DNA of 64,000 nt from a bacterium (GTDB taxonomy: Bacteria > DRYD01), in contig JBCNVB010000025.1 in assembly GCA_039630415.1 (NCBI GenBank), forward strand, positions 75,419 to 139,418. Direction: 5' to 3'. Of this stretch, positions 49,101-57,595 are shown in pieces. A program made the translations under genes and the position numbers. The notes under the pieces were generated by a model. The model was given only the letters and a program-made list of their open reading frames with translations. It ran no database searches and had not been told where the DNA came from. Numbering within the stretch: position 1 is the stretch's first letter; each line of letters starts with the position of its first letter.

Positions 49101-49418
49101 GATAATAACACAAATACTTTCCTAACAAGTACTGGTTTGGTAGGAGATAATTTGATATCTGTACCTATATATTCGCAAACGTTTAGTACGATAGGGACGT
49201 TTGGAGACATATTTGTCCAGCCAGATGGAACTGTTTTGATATTAACAAATGCTGTTCAATGGAGTCAGCCGTGGGGGCTAGATTATCCTTCTGTATATTT
49301 ATTTATAAGAGATAGTAACGGAGTTTGGAGACAGCCTATACCTATTAATTTCGGATTTAGGTATAATAACACGTTTTTACGAACGGAAGCAATTTACCTA
49401 AGGATAAATGGATTATAA
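46101..49418 (+). CDS. Giant type IV pilin-like protein, paralog C
   Basis: 1105 aa. SD GGGGGG lies about 7 nt upstream. Leader is MLDKVKLQKG|ISLLELIVGVVILLLIFWI. STDGGHSW is in the N-module and SEDNGQTW lies at 48783-48806. It is colinear with paralog B over its whole length. Confidence 0.8.
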   Translation: MLDKVKLQKGISLLELIVGVVILLLIFWISSTAVLYFYQHPTLDKFKQVSAYRTVFFELNKVIKEANEVKNIYNTSVVSAIYLQVRNDLYAYRIRRNVPIVQRRLEKSTDGGHSWFILSNPAGIEDIVFRATTPSQDAKVVLVSIRMNSVSKKLSTNHEFAVLLRKKHSYLAGGSGNNDPLIGEYILSGMARTSYPYFYHSNPRAIDYNIQLVTGNSLNSFGMPRTIYFYYHPYDNDPPQNHFPHSNIDTFVNMADNTYNLVFPILHFNTNSRNNFFSRGATTDEPKVMCRFMKSSNNSQINSYMASNIREFSPSYDLGSVSAELIVVGNYLYTVYAVTEVVYDPQAGAPGATRYSHSIYFAYRKNVPNYWQTNTRVSWVKRKIFSINEPSHISHIGDRQYSISSVRMVYGQVGSNRFHVTFILDSHVFTLGHDNDTNRILHTDIYYLGSPDGINWTGRSIDDQFGNDNIYPHRVVPLIGNIGGNSDTLHIVYAFGNPYTSIGYTSTSNTINYRPPQVLNYGSLYPLYKGGVSVPFYIVDFSDMEAVIYNNAIHIVIGCRSLLTVPLHFSIANLVYMVKNNVNTSAIYNDYFNSRAEIFKSVTISVGRFAGTDFVNIFAAGYRDGLHYIRADINSIIGMDLYSQGFELNEFRDLFISSLDSVYADGYLHVSFLIGYWDTRFHQPPPSELALDYIRISHPYQPYQRIANRNISLNLTLSNNTVDYQPLDLGTVSSPFMQAIAVSNYLHILFIDDLIGEVMYIHPRSTNLPSTNSFDTIAVHPADKPIRINTLSSDSGVISYSCYNPYIPYSHLNNYDFIYASLNPYAGTLKVILPNHDITEVDGNRNVSTTFMDSEGARTCGYYNDIQVVNNAIYVAYSELVITPSKRLRLKMAVSEDNGQTWKTSVINNSDSAWFIDLKIKGSIVNITHSDSQGRLIVTKRMGNSWVNFQPPNQTVNVLNRTFLDNQNRLHILSFSSMYFAHSTAYNNRYSPPATYYRIFDNNTNTFLTSTGLVGDNLISVPIYSQTFSTIGTFGDIFVQPDGTVLILTNAVQWSQPWGLDYPSVYLFIRDSNGVWRQPIPINFGFRYNNTFLRTEAIYLRINGL

Positions 49419-50915
49419 TATGTTGTTTATAAAGTTTGCTTTAGATGAGGGTATTTCGCTCTGAATTTTGTTGTTTTTTATCGATCCACAGCCAATAACT
49501 ATAGAGTTAAATTTTACTGCTATAAAAGGTTGGTTGGATTTTATGTTTACTTCCCTAAAAAATTGTCTGTCTATTTCCTGCCTGGATATGAATTTCTTGA
49601 GCAAGTCTATGTTAAAATCTAACTCTACATAGTTTTGATTAATGTATCTATTCATTACAGATAAAAAAGTACTGGTTGGTTTATAGATTTTTAAAGGTTT
49701 AAAGTATCTTAAAGCTTTTAAACCAAAGTACTCAACTGTTAAAGGACCTTTTTTCTTTACAATTATTTCCTTTAAACTTGTTACATATATGTCTGTGATT
49801 TCATTTTCTTGCTTGCATTTGTAGAACCATACGAGATTTTTGATTATACTTTCAGGAATTCCATAAGAACTTAAGTGTTCGTATACCATTGAGTAATCGA
49901 TTATTTTGATATTTTTGCCTTGAAAAGTTACACCTTGATCTATTGGTACCAGTTCTACTTCTGAGTTAATTGGGTGTTTGTTTATACCTGGTTCAGAATT
50001 ATTTGTAAGATTGAGTTTAGCAATAAACATTCCTGTCATGTTATAAGGATATACTCTTATGGTTTTTTGTAAATCTTGTGAAAATTTGAATTGTTTATAT
50101 TCAACAATTCCAGGTTTTATGTTATGCAGGTTTGGTGTAGTTATGGGTATAATTTGGGCTAGATTTTGTTCTAGTATAGAGTTTATGATATATTCATTTT
50201 CAAGGGGATTAAAGGTACATGTTGAGTAAACTATTTCAGTGTTTTGATTAGCTATTTGCAAAGCTCTAGATAAAAGTTTGTATTGAACATCTTTAATATG
50301 ATTAACAAATGAGTAATGTTTTTGGACATTATAGTTTTGATAATCATTAAGATTTGATTCAGCGGAGCAGGGAACATCTGCTAAAATGAAATCGATTTGT
50401 TTGTTTATAATCTTTGGGAAAAATGCAGCATTACATTGCGTTACAATTACGTTTAGTGTACCCATTCTTTGGATATTGTGAACTAAGGCTTTTATCCTAT
50501 CATGTCCTATATCGTTGGCAATAACGATTGAATTTGGGAACATTGTTGCTAGTAGTGTGGTTTTGCCACCGGGTGAGGCACACATGTCCACAATTAGCGC
50601 CGGTTTTCTAGTGTTATTGAAGCTTGTTACTACTAAACCTGAGGATATGTCCTGAACATAAAGGTAACCAAAAAGATGCTCTGGCTTTTTAGTTAAACTT
50701 CCTTTCTTAACTACAAAGTAATCTTGATTATCGTTTAACTTGATTTTCTCTATTTCTAAGTCTGGGTATCTAGTTAAGCAGTTTATTACTGTTTCTGTAT
50801 CGGCTTTTATTAGGTTTATCCTAAAGTAAGTTGGCTTGGGAGAGATTAGATGATTCCAAAACTCTTCTTTGTCAGAAACAAAATCGTACTCTTTTAAAAT
50901 TTCCTTAAAGCTCAC
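49413..50915 (-). CDS. RNA cytosine-C5 methyltransferase, RsmB/RsmF (NOL1/NOP2/Sun) family
   Basis: 500 aa. Contains DMCASPGGKTT (SAM motif), ILADVPCSAES (motif IV Cys) and VYSTCTFNPLENE (motif VI Cys). Its stop overlaps the stop of paralog C within TTATAA. Confidence 0.8.
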   Translation of the reverse strand: MSFKEILKEYDFVSDKEEFWNHLISPKPTYFRINLIKADTETVINCLTRYPDLEIEKIKLNDNQDYFVVKKGSLTKKPEHLFGYLYVQDISSGLVVTSFNNTRKPALIVDMCASPGGKTTLLATMFPNSIVIANDIGHDRIKALVHNIQRMGTLNVIVTQCNAAFFPKIINKQIDFILADVPCSAESNLNDYQNYNVQKHYSFVNHIKDVQYKLLSRALQIANQNTEIVYSTCTFNPLENEYIINSILEQNLAQIIPITTPNLHNIKPGIVEYKQFKFSQDLQKTIRVYPYNMTGMFIAKLNLTNNSEPGINKHPINSEVELVPIDQGVTFQGKNIKIIDYSMVYEHLSSYGIPESIIKNLVWFYKCKQENEITDIYVTSLKEIIVKKKGPLTVEYFGLKALRYFKPLKIYKPTSTFLSVMNRYINQNYVELDFNIDLLKKFISRQEIDRQFFREVNIKSNQPFIAVKFNSIVIGCGSIKNNKIQSEIPSSKANFINNIL

Positions 50916-51007
50916 TATAAAAACTATTCAACCTCTATAACTGAATACCTCTAAGCATAGATATTTTATCAAAGGATATGGTGAATTTTACATAGAAATA
51001 TATTTTA

Positions 51008-51868
51008 ATGGACCTGGGGTACTTGTGGTACAAAATATATATTCCTTATGTTGAAAATAAACTTTTAGGATATTCTTTATTTTTACTGGCATTTATTTCA
51101 GTGGTTTTGAACATATATGTTGCTTTGGTTAGAAGTGGCAAGCTGACAAGCATTTATATTAGGAAGATTCCTGCTTTAAATTCGATAGAAGAAGCGGTTG
51201 GTAGATGTACGGAAATGGGAAAACCCGTTTTGTATATACCCGGTATACAGGATATAGATAATATCCAGACTTTAGCTTCGCTGTCTTTGCTTAGTTATGT
51301 CTCACAAAGATGTGCTGAATATGAAACTGATTTTATCATGCCTGTAAGTAGATCGGTTGTAATGACGGTGGCTCAGGAAATAGTCAAAGAGTCGTATCTG
51401 AGAGCTGGAAGGAGTGACCTTTACAAGAGTGATATGGTGTTTTACCTTACGGATGATCAATTTGGATACGCTGCAGGTGTTGATGGAATAATTAGTAGAG
51501 AAAAACCTGGTGCTGTGTTCCTTATAGGTGCATTTTATGCCGAATCTTTAATACTTGCTGAAACAGGGTTTTCAGTTGGAGCGATTCAGATAGCTGGAAC
51601 CGCTATGATAACCCAACTACCATTCTTCATAGCTGCTTGTGATTATGTGTTAATTGGTGAAGAACTATTTGCAGCTTCAGCTTACCTATCCAGAGATATG
51701 ATAGATAAAATAACTCTACGAACTCAAGACATATCAAAAGCATTGGTAATGATAGCTATAGTCATAGGATCTACCATAAATAGTATCTATATTCTAAACC
51801 CAGGTATAGCGAAGATACCAATAATCAATATAATACACAAAATATCAAGTACAATGTTGCTAAGGTAA
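51008..51868 (+). CDS. Membrane protein of unknown function (first of a 3-gene module)
   Basis: 286 aa with an N-terminal TM, a soluble central region and C-terminal TMs. The spacer to the next gene is 6 nt. Confidence 0.5.
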   Translation: MDLGYLWYKIYIPYVENKLLGYSLFLLAFISVVLNIYVALVRSGKLTSIYIRKIPALNSIEEAVGRCTEMGKPVLYIPGIQDIDNIQTLASLSLLSYVSQRCAEYETDFIMPVSRSVVMTVAQEIVKESYLRAGRSDLYKSDMVFYLTDDQFGYAAGVDGIISREKPGAVFLIGAFYAESLILAETGFSVGAIQIAGTAMITQLPFFIAACDYVLIGEELFAASAYLSRDMIDKITLRTQDISKALVMIAIVIGSTINSIYILNPGIAKIPIINIIHKISSTMLLR

Positions 51869-51874
51869 AATCGA

Positions 51875-52600
51875 ATGAAAAGGGAAATACCTTTACTAAT
51901 AACGGCGATAACAGGATTAATCATAATAATCAACTATTTTCTACCTGAAATAACTGGAGGTGTTACCCAAGTAGTAAGGACCTGGAATATAATTATATCA
52001 TCTTTTGCGATAATCTTGGGTATCCTTAATTTAGTTATTGTTAGTCTTAGAAAAACACTAGAGCCTATAACTCATTTGGACGATAGAATAGCTAATATAG
52101 TTTTGATACTATCACTAATTGCAACTATCATAGTGGGTATGATTTATGGTGTCAATTCTCAAACAGAAACTTCGCTAAGGTTTATAACTGATAATAGATA
52201 TGCATTACCAATTATAAGCATAGAGTTGTCAAGTTTTGACAATAATCCTTTCACTAGCGTGATATTTTATAGTATATACAACCCACTAAGTGCTGCAATG
52301 TTTTCATTATTGGCATTTTTCATAGCTTCCGCTTCTTATAGAGCATTTAGAGCTAGAAACTTAGAGGCTACTTTACTCCTTTTTGCAGCATCTATCGTTA
52401 TACTTGGAAGAGTACCAGTTGGAGACTTAATTTTTGGACTAGTTGGATTAAAAATATCACCAATTTCAGAGTACATAACTGCAGTTATAAACGCAGCTGG
52501 GCAAAGAGCTATAATGATAGCTGTAGGAATAGGTACCATAATAATATCTCTCAAGTTGCTGTTTGGAATAGAAAGATCACACCTGGGTAAAGGTGAGTAA
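51875..52600 (+). CDS. Polytopic membrane protein of unknown function (second of module)
   Basis: 241 aa with at least 6 predicted TM helices and a conserved-looking ASASYRAFRARNLEA segment. Both flanking spacers are 6 nt. Confidence 0.5.
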   Translation: MKREIPLLITAITGLIIIINYFLPEITGGVTQVVRTWNIIISSFAIILGILNLVIVSLRKTLEPITHLDDRIANIVLILSLIATIIVGMIYGVNSQTETSLRFITDNRYALPIISIELSSFDNNPFTSVIFYSIYNPLSAAMFSLLAFFIASASYRAFRARNLEATLLLFAASIVILGRVPVGDLIFGLVGLKISPISEYITAVINAAGQRAIMIAVGIGTIIISLKLLFGIERSHLGKGE

Positions 52601-52606
52601 AAACGT

Positions 52607-53467
52607 ATGATAATAATACAGCTTCTAAAGAGAATAACAAGAAGAACGATATTTTTGATAGTGGGAATCTTTATCAGTTTGGGGATAATATTTTCAGATG
52701 TTGAATGGGTTAAGAGGGTTAATTTGGAGATATTAAGAAGAACGATAACTCCGGCTTCTAAGCAGGCATATGATTTTATAGAGTCATTACCTGCTGGTAC
52801 CACGGTTTTAGTATCTGCGGATTATGGACCTTCAACGAGAGTAGAAGCTGATCCTATTCTTGAGAATTTTTTGAAACAGTGTTTTAGGAAGGACATAAAT
52901 GTAATAGCTATTTCGTTATGGCCTGACGGTGCGCCAATCGTAGCTACCAAAACTAGGCAAATAGCTAAGATGTATAACAAGCAAGAAGATGTGGACTTTG
53001 TTATTGGTGGGTATGTGGTGGGTGGCGGAGTTGCAATAGAGAAGATGGGTGTGGATTTAAAAAGTGCAATACCTTTGATAGCTGATAATCCAGCTCCTTT
53101 CTTAAAGGACATAAAAACAGCTAATGATCTAGGGCTTGTATTTGCAATAGCGGCTGGAGATACTTTGGTATTCTATATCAGAATACTTAAAAGTAGATAT
53201 GGGGCTAATGTTTCTGGGGGATGTACTGCAGTTATGGCTGCAGAAATGTACCCCTATATACTCAGTGGACAATTAATAGGATTATTTGGAGGGCTAAAAG
53301 GCGCAGCAGACTACGAAATATTAGTTTCCAATCCAGAACCTGATCAAGTCAGCGAAGCAGTAAAATATATGCTAACTCAGTCTCTTATACACTCACTCAT
53401 AATCATTTTCATCATTATAGCTAATATCGTTTTTCTCTATGATAGAATGAAAATTAAATCTAAATGA
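52607..53467 (+). CDS. Bitopic membrane protein of unknown function (third of module)
   Basis: 286 aa with N- and C-terminal TM helices flanking a roughly 220-aa alpha/beta-looking domain. Confidence 0.5.
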   Translation: MIIIQLLKRITRRTIFLIVGIFISLGIIFSDVEWVKRVNLEILRRTITPASKQAYDFIESLPAGTTVLVSADYGPSTRVEADPILENFLKQCFRKDINVIAISLWPDGAPIVATKTRQIAKMYNKQEDVDFVIGGYVVGGGVAIEKMGVDLKSAIPLIADNPAPFLKDIKTANDLGLVFAIAAGDTLVFYIRILKSRYGANVSGGCTAVMAAEMYPYILSGQLIGLFGGLKGAADYEILVSNPEPDQVSEAVKYMLTQSLIHSLIIIFIIIANIVFLYDRMKIKSK

Positions 53468-53480
53468 TACATAGATCCAA

Positions 53481-54449
53481 ATGATAGTTAGTTCCAGAAT
53501 AATTGATCAAGTTTTGTATTATTTAAATAACCTTTCTTCTGCTACTTTTGCATTTATAGGACAATCAAAGAAGCTAAAATTATCGATCATTGAGAAGGTA
53601 TCAGCAAGCATGAATCAAAAGTTGGAAAAGTACTATCTTATTGAAGATGACACGATTCCAATTGATATGATCAGATATGTTCTAAATCTAGTCAAGCTAA
53701 AAAGTACTGATCCAAGATTGGTTGTGATAGATTTAGATAACATAAACATATATTCAATGAATGCTATGTTAAAAACTCTTGAAGAGCCACCTAATGGAGT
53801 TTACTTTTTTCTTCTGAAGAAAGATACGAATATTATTCCTACGATTTTATCGAGATCTATAAAAATCCATCTTAATGTTGAAAAAAGTGGCATTATTGAA
53901 TATTTGATCAAGAGTTACAATTATACTCTTAACTGGGCTGAGTTTGTAACTATGTTTACAAATGGAGATTTTGATCTAATTAGCTATTTTAGTGAAAATT
54001 TTTGGGACTCAAGGAATAAGAGTGTAGCCAAGAATTTTGGCAAAATATTCCAGCTTTTAATAGATCAAAATTTAGAGGTGGTTTTTGATGAGGAATTCTG
54101 GGTCAAAAATTTTTCTACTTTTAGTTCATACAGGATTCTTCTTTGTATAACTAAAGCTTTCTTTAGAGATATATTGTTTTTGAAGTACTATAAGCAGTTG
54201 CATGATCAGGATTTACTAAAGAATATTGAAAAAAATCTCATTTTTACTAAGGTGTTTGATATGGAATACATTTTGGAGAAAACTCATAGGAGGATTAATT
54301 GCAAAATCACACCAAGCAGTATATTCAATCTTTTCGATAGGTTTAACAGGATAAATAGTAACTCAATTTTTAAGAGAATAAACAAAAGAATTTTGTACTT
54401 TGGTTTTGGTTATTTGGTTTATAACTATCTTAGAGGTGGTGAGGATTAA
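53481..54449 (+). CDS. holB: DNA polymerase III delta-prime subunit-like clamp-loader protein
   Basis: 322 aa. Contains VVIDLDNINIYSMNAMLKTLEEPP and the sensor motif IIPTILSRS. There is no intact Walker A, as is typical for delta-prime. Confidence 0.7.
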   Translation: MIVSSRIIDQVLYYLNNLSSATFAFIGQSKKLKLSIIEKVSASMNQKLEKYYLIEDDTIPIDMIRYVLNLVKLKSTDPRLVVIDLDNINIYSMNAMLKTLEEPPNGVYFFLLKKDTNIIPTILSRSIKIHLNVEKSGIIEYLIKSYNYTLNWAEFVTMFTNGDFDLISYFSENFWDSRNKSVAKNFGKIFQLLIDQNLEVVFDEEFWVKNFSTFSSYRILLCITKAFFRDILFLKYYKQLHDQDLLKNIEKNLIFTKVFDMEYILEKTHRRINCKITPSSIFNLFDRFNRINSNSIFKRINKRILYFGFGYLVYNYLRGGED

Positions 54450-55306
54450 TGTTTATGTTTGTACTTTGGGTATTATTTTTATGCGTAAGTGTATTGCAGG
54501 TGAGGGCTCAGATAGATGAGCCTGTACTTCTATTTTTTTCAAATTCTCCGGAGTATGTAAAAAGCAATGGGTATTTAATAAGTGGAACTATTTCACAATT
54601 CACACCAACAATGATATATTTTTATCATTTAAATGATTCCAATCAGGATAAGAAAATGTACTTGAGGTTTAAGGGTAACTGTGAAGCTTTTGTTAGTTTA
54701 ACTTTCTCATCTTCAAAGGAAAACTATTTCAGAGTTGGTAATGATGTTGGTTTAGGAATACTTAAAAATAGTCCTCAAAAAATAGTAGTACAGGATCAGT
54801 ATATATTTGAGGTTGATTTTTACTCTCAAAATTTGCTCTCAGGGTTTGTATGGGTTTTTAGTAATGGAAGGATTGATTTTGAATCTTGGGTACATGAACC
54901 CAATTATCGCCATATTCTGCCTCAGGATAACAAACATGTTAAGGGAATATTCGGTATGGGAAGAATAGTAACTTACCTTCCAACTGATATGAACTACATG
55001 GTTGTTGGAGATATACCTCTTTCAGGAATAGAGTCTAACATGTTACTAAAGGGTACGTACAAAGTTTTTTATCATTTTGTGGTCAATAGACAAGTTAGCG
55101 GTATAGTTTTTTCCGCTCGAGGGGGGCCTTCCATACCTATGTTTCACCTAAAGTCAAAACAGGGTGATTTTATATATACTTCTGGAGGAGTTCATAAGCC
55201 TTACGATGAAAAACCTGTTTTTAACAATCAGGTATTTATAACGGAGTTTATATGCCAACCTCTGGGAGCATGTTATTATCCTGTATACTACAGAGTGATA
55301 GAGTAG
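54449..55306 (+). CDS. Hypothetical secreted protein
   Basis: 285 aa with signal-like MFMFVLWVLFLCVSVLQVRA. The sequence is beta-rich and distantly colinear with the C-terminal half of ORF 15036-16733. Confidence 0.45.
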   Translation: MFMFVLWVLFLCVSVLQVRAQIDEPVLLFFSNSPEYVKSNGYLISGTISQFTPTMIYFYHLNDSNQDKKMYLRFKGNCEAFVSLTFSSSKENYFRVGNDVGLGILKNSPQKIVVQDQYIFEVDFYSQNLLSGFVWVFSNGRIDFESWVHEPNYRHILPQDNKHVKGIFGMGRIVTYLPTDMNYMVVGDIPLSGIESNMLLKGTYKVFYHFVVNRQVSGIVFSARGGPSIPMFHLKSKQGDFIYTSGGVHKPYDEKPVFNNQVFITEFICQPLGACYYPVYYRVIE

Positions 55307-55308
55307 AA

Positions 55309-55803
55309 TTAATTAGTATTGTTTTGTTCAATATCTGATTGCTGAGGAATAGGTGGTACAAAAGAATTAGTAAGTCCAAAAACGGATAGAAGTAAGCTAG
55401 TTGAAGTTTGATATCTTTTACCTTTATAGTACCACACAACAGTTATCTTAATTTCTATTACGTTTGGTACAGTGGTTGTTTGAATGGGGCTGAGAATTAC
55501 ATCATAATTTCTTGATCTGGCTATTGTAAGATTATTGAGTTCAATTTTACCTCTAAGCATTTCTTGTGCTTGATCTGAATATGAGAAAGTATTATTTGAT
55601 GGATTATAAGTTATATACATTTCGGTGTTATTCAGTATTTCATTTGAAGCAAAAATAAGGATATTGTTGACGTCTATGTAGTATTGATTTATGTCACTTA
55701 CTTTAGTTCCCCAATAAACAATTGAGTAGAGTGATATAATCAAAGCGAATGCTATTGAAAAAGAAATCATTACTTCAACTAGGGTTAATCCTTTTTTGGA
55801 CAT
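55309..55803 (-). CDS. Type IV pilin / pseudopilin-like protein
   Basis: 164 aa. N-terminus MSKKG|LTLVEVMISFSIAFALIISL fits the prepilin N-methylation pattern, with Gly at -1, Glu at +5 and a following hydrophobic helix. Confidence 0.75.
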   Translation of the reverse strand: MSKKGLTLVEVMISFSIAFALIISLYSIVYWGTKVSDINQYYIDVNNILIFASNEILNNTEMYITYNPSNNTFSYSDQAQEMLRGKIELNNLTIARSRNYDVILSPIQTTTVPNVIEIKITVVWYYKGKRYQTSTSLLLSVFGLTNSFVPPIPQQSDIEQNNTN

Positions 55804-55904
55804 ACTCTAGTTTTTATTTTGCTGTTTTGGGTAAAGTTTCCTTTTGCTAGAATAAAGGTTAGGAAAGTTTTGTAGAGAATAAGAAAAGTAAGAGGTGTGA
55901 AACG

Positions 55905-56672
55905 ATGGCGGGGCATTCCAAGTGGCATAACATTAGACATAGAAAAGAAAGAATGGATAAAATTAGGGGTAAGTTATTTTCTAAAGTTAGTAGAGAGATA
56001 ATGGTAGCTGCAAGAGAGGGAGGACCTGATCCTTCTACTAATTCAAAACTTAGAATAGCTATAAAGAGAGCCAAAGCTACTGGTTTCCCCTCAGAAAACA
56101 TAGAAAAAATACTTCTTAAAGCTCAAGGTAAATTAGAAGGAGAGGAATTACACGAAATAATATATGAAGGATATGGTCCTTATGGTGTTGCCATAATGCT
56201 TGAAATAATTACCGATAATAGAAACAGAACGGCCTCAGAAATAAGAAGGATTTTCCAAAAACATAACGGTAATTTAGCTGAAAGTGGAAGTGTATCCTGG
56301 ATATTTAAGCGTAAAGGAGTTTTTAACTTTTCCAATTTATCAAACCCAAATGATCTTGAAAATAAACTCCTATCGGAGTTAATAGACTACATAGAAGATA
56401 TTAAAATACAAGATAACGAACTAGAGCTAATAGTTGCGCCGGAAAACTTCGAAATAGTAAAAGACCACCTTGATTCAATGAGTTTAACTCCCTCAAGCGC
56501 AGATATAACCTACTTACCTGAAAATACAGTAACAATAGACGATGTAGATAAAGCAGTAAATATACTAAAACTAGCTGAAGCTTTAGAAGACCACGATGAC
56601 GTACAAAAAGTACACCTTAACTTTTTCATACCTCAGGAAATCCTTAATAAAGCACTTGAGCTAAATAAGTAA
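55905..56672 (+). CDS. yebC: YebC/PmpR family DNA-binding regulator
   Basis: 255 aa. N-terminus is MAGHSKWHNIRHRK, with the family-typical GGPDPSTNSKLR. Confidence 0.9.
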   Translation: MAGHSKWHNIRHRKERMDKIRGKLFSKVSREIMVAAREGGPDPSTNSKLRIAIKRAKATGFPSENIEKILLKAQGKLEGEELHEIIYEGYGPYGVAIMLEIITDNRNRTASEIRRIFQKHNGNLAESGSVSWIFKRKGVFNFSNLSNPNDLENKLLSELIDYIEDIKIQDNELELIVAPENFEIVKDHLDSMSLTPSSADITYLPENTVTIDDVDKAVNILKLAEALEDHDDVQKVHLNFFIPQEILNKALELNK

Positions 56673-56707
56673 ATAAAAAGTATAAAAAGCTTGGAGGAGG
56701 ATGAAGT

Positions 56708-57595
56708 ATGTCAATATCAATGGAATTAGTAAAACAATTGAGAGAGGAAACAGGAGCAGGGATAAGTGATTGTAAGAATGCTCTAATAGAGTCTAATGGA
56801 GATATAGAAAAAGCAAGGAAAATACTTTTAGCCAAGGGGTCTGCTAAAGCAGCCAAAAAAGTAGATAGAGTAACAAAGGAAGGGGTAATAGCTGTACAAA
56901 ATAACGGTAAAATAGCTGTAATATTGGAGCTTGCATGTGAAACCGATTTCGTAGCAAGAAATCAAAAATTTATAGAGCTGTCCAAAAATATTGCCTCTTC
57001 CATACTCGAAAAATTTAGTGCTAGTGAAACTCCATCCATTGAAGAATTACTTAAAACTGAATATCAGGATTCTAAAGACCTTCAAACCTTCCTTAATGAA
57101 AATATCTCTATATTTGGAGAGAACATAAAGCTAACTAGATTTGAAAAATTTACAACACAAAGCGAAAACCAATATATTTTTGATTACTTACATTTCAATA
57201 ATAGAGTAGGTGTACTAGCTTTAGTAGAATTTGAAAAACCAATAAGTGAGAATGAACAGATAAAAAGGGAGTTTGGTACCAAAACTGTTTTCCAAATTGC
57301 TTCTATGAAACCAATCTATATAGATCTAAACAGTATACCAAAAGAAGAGATGGAAGAGCAAAAGAAAATAGCTTTCCAACAGGCATTGAGTGAGGGTAAA
57401 CCAGAGCATATAGCACAAAAAATAGCTGAAGGAAAGGCAGCTAAAATATTCGAAGAAAGTGTTTTACTAGAACAACAATTCTATGATGATTCTCTAAAGC
57501 TGCCCAAATTCAAGGATTACCTAAAACATATTTCACAAACTATAAAGGAAAATATAACCATAAAGAAAATGGTTAGATTTGAGATATCGAAATGA
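56708..57595 (+). CDS. tsf: Translation elongation factor Ts
   Basis: 295 aa. The UBA-like N-terminus is ELVKQLREETGAGISDCKNAL, with the ETDFVARN motif. Confidence 0.92.
   Translation: MSISMELVKQLREETGAGISDCKNALIESNGDIEKARKILLAKGSAKAAKKVDRVTKEGVIAVQNNGKIAVILELACETDFVARNQKFIELSKNIASSILEKFSASETPSIEELLKTEYQDSKDLQTFLNENISIFGENIKLTRFEKFTTQSENQYIFDYLHFNNRVGVLALVEFEKPISENEQIKREFGTKTVFQIASMKPIYIDLNSIPKEEMEEQKKIAFQQALSEGKPEHIAQKIAEGKAAKIFEESVLLEQQFYDDSLKLPKFKDYLKHISQTIKENITIKKMVRFEISK

Noticed and set aside
49413-49418. Palindromic TTATAA in which the stop codons of convergent genes (giant pilin C and the RsmB/F-like methyltransferase) overlap.
   Set aside because: The observation is real, but it is most simply a by-product of extreme genome compaction. 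No hairpin or terminator is associated with it, so it is not reported as a functional element.
52336-52803. 155-aa minus-strand ORF spanning the junction of two membrane-protein genes. Similar antisense ORFs occur inside fliI, alaS, leuA, acnA, pyrH and mutS.
   Set aside because: All are embedded antisense in genes with strong motif support or clear TM architecture and have no independent signals. They are treated as spurious.
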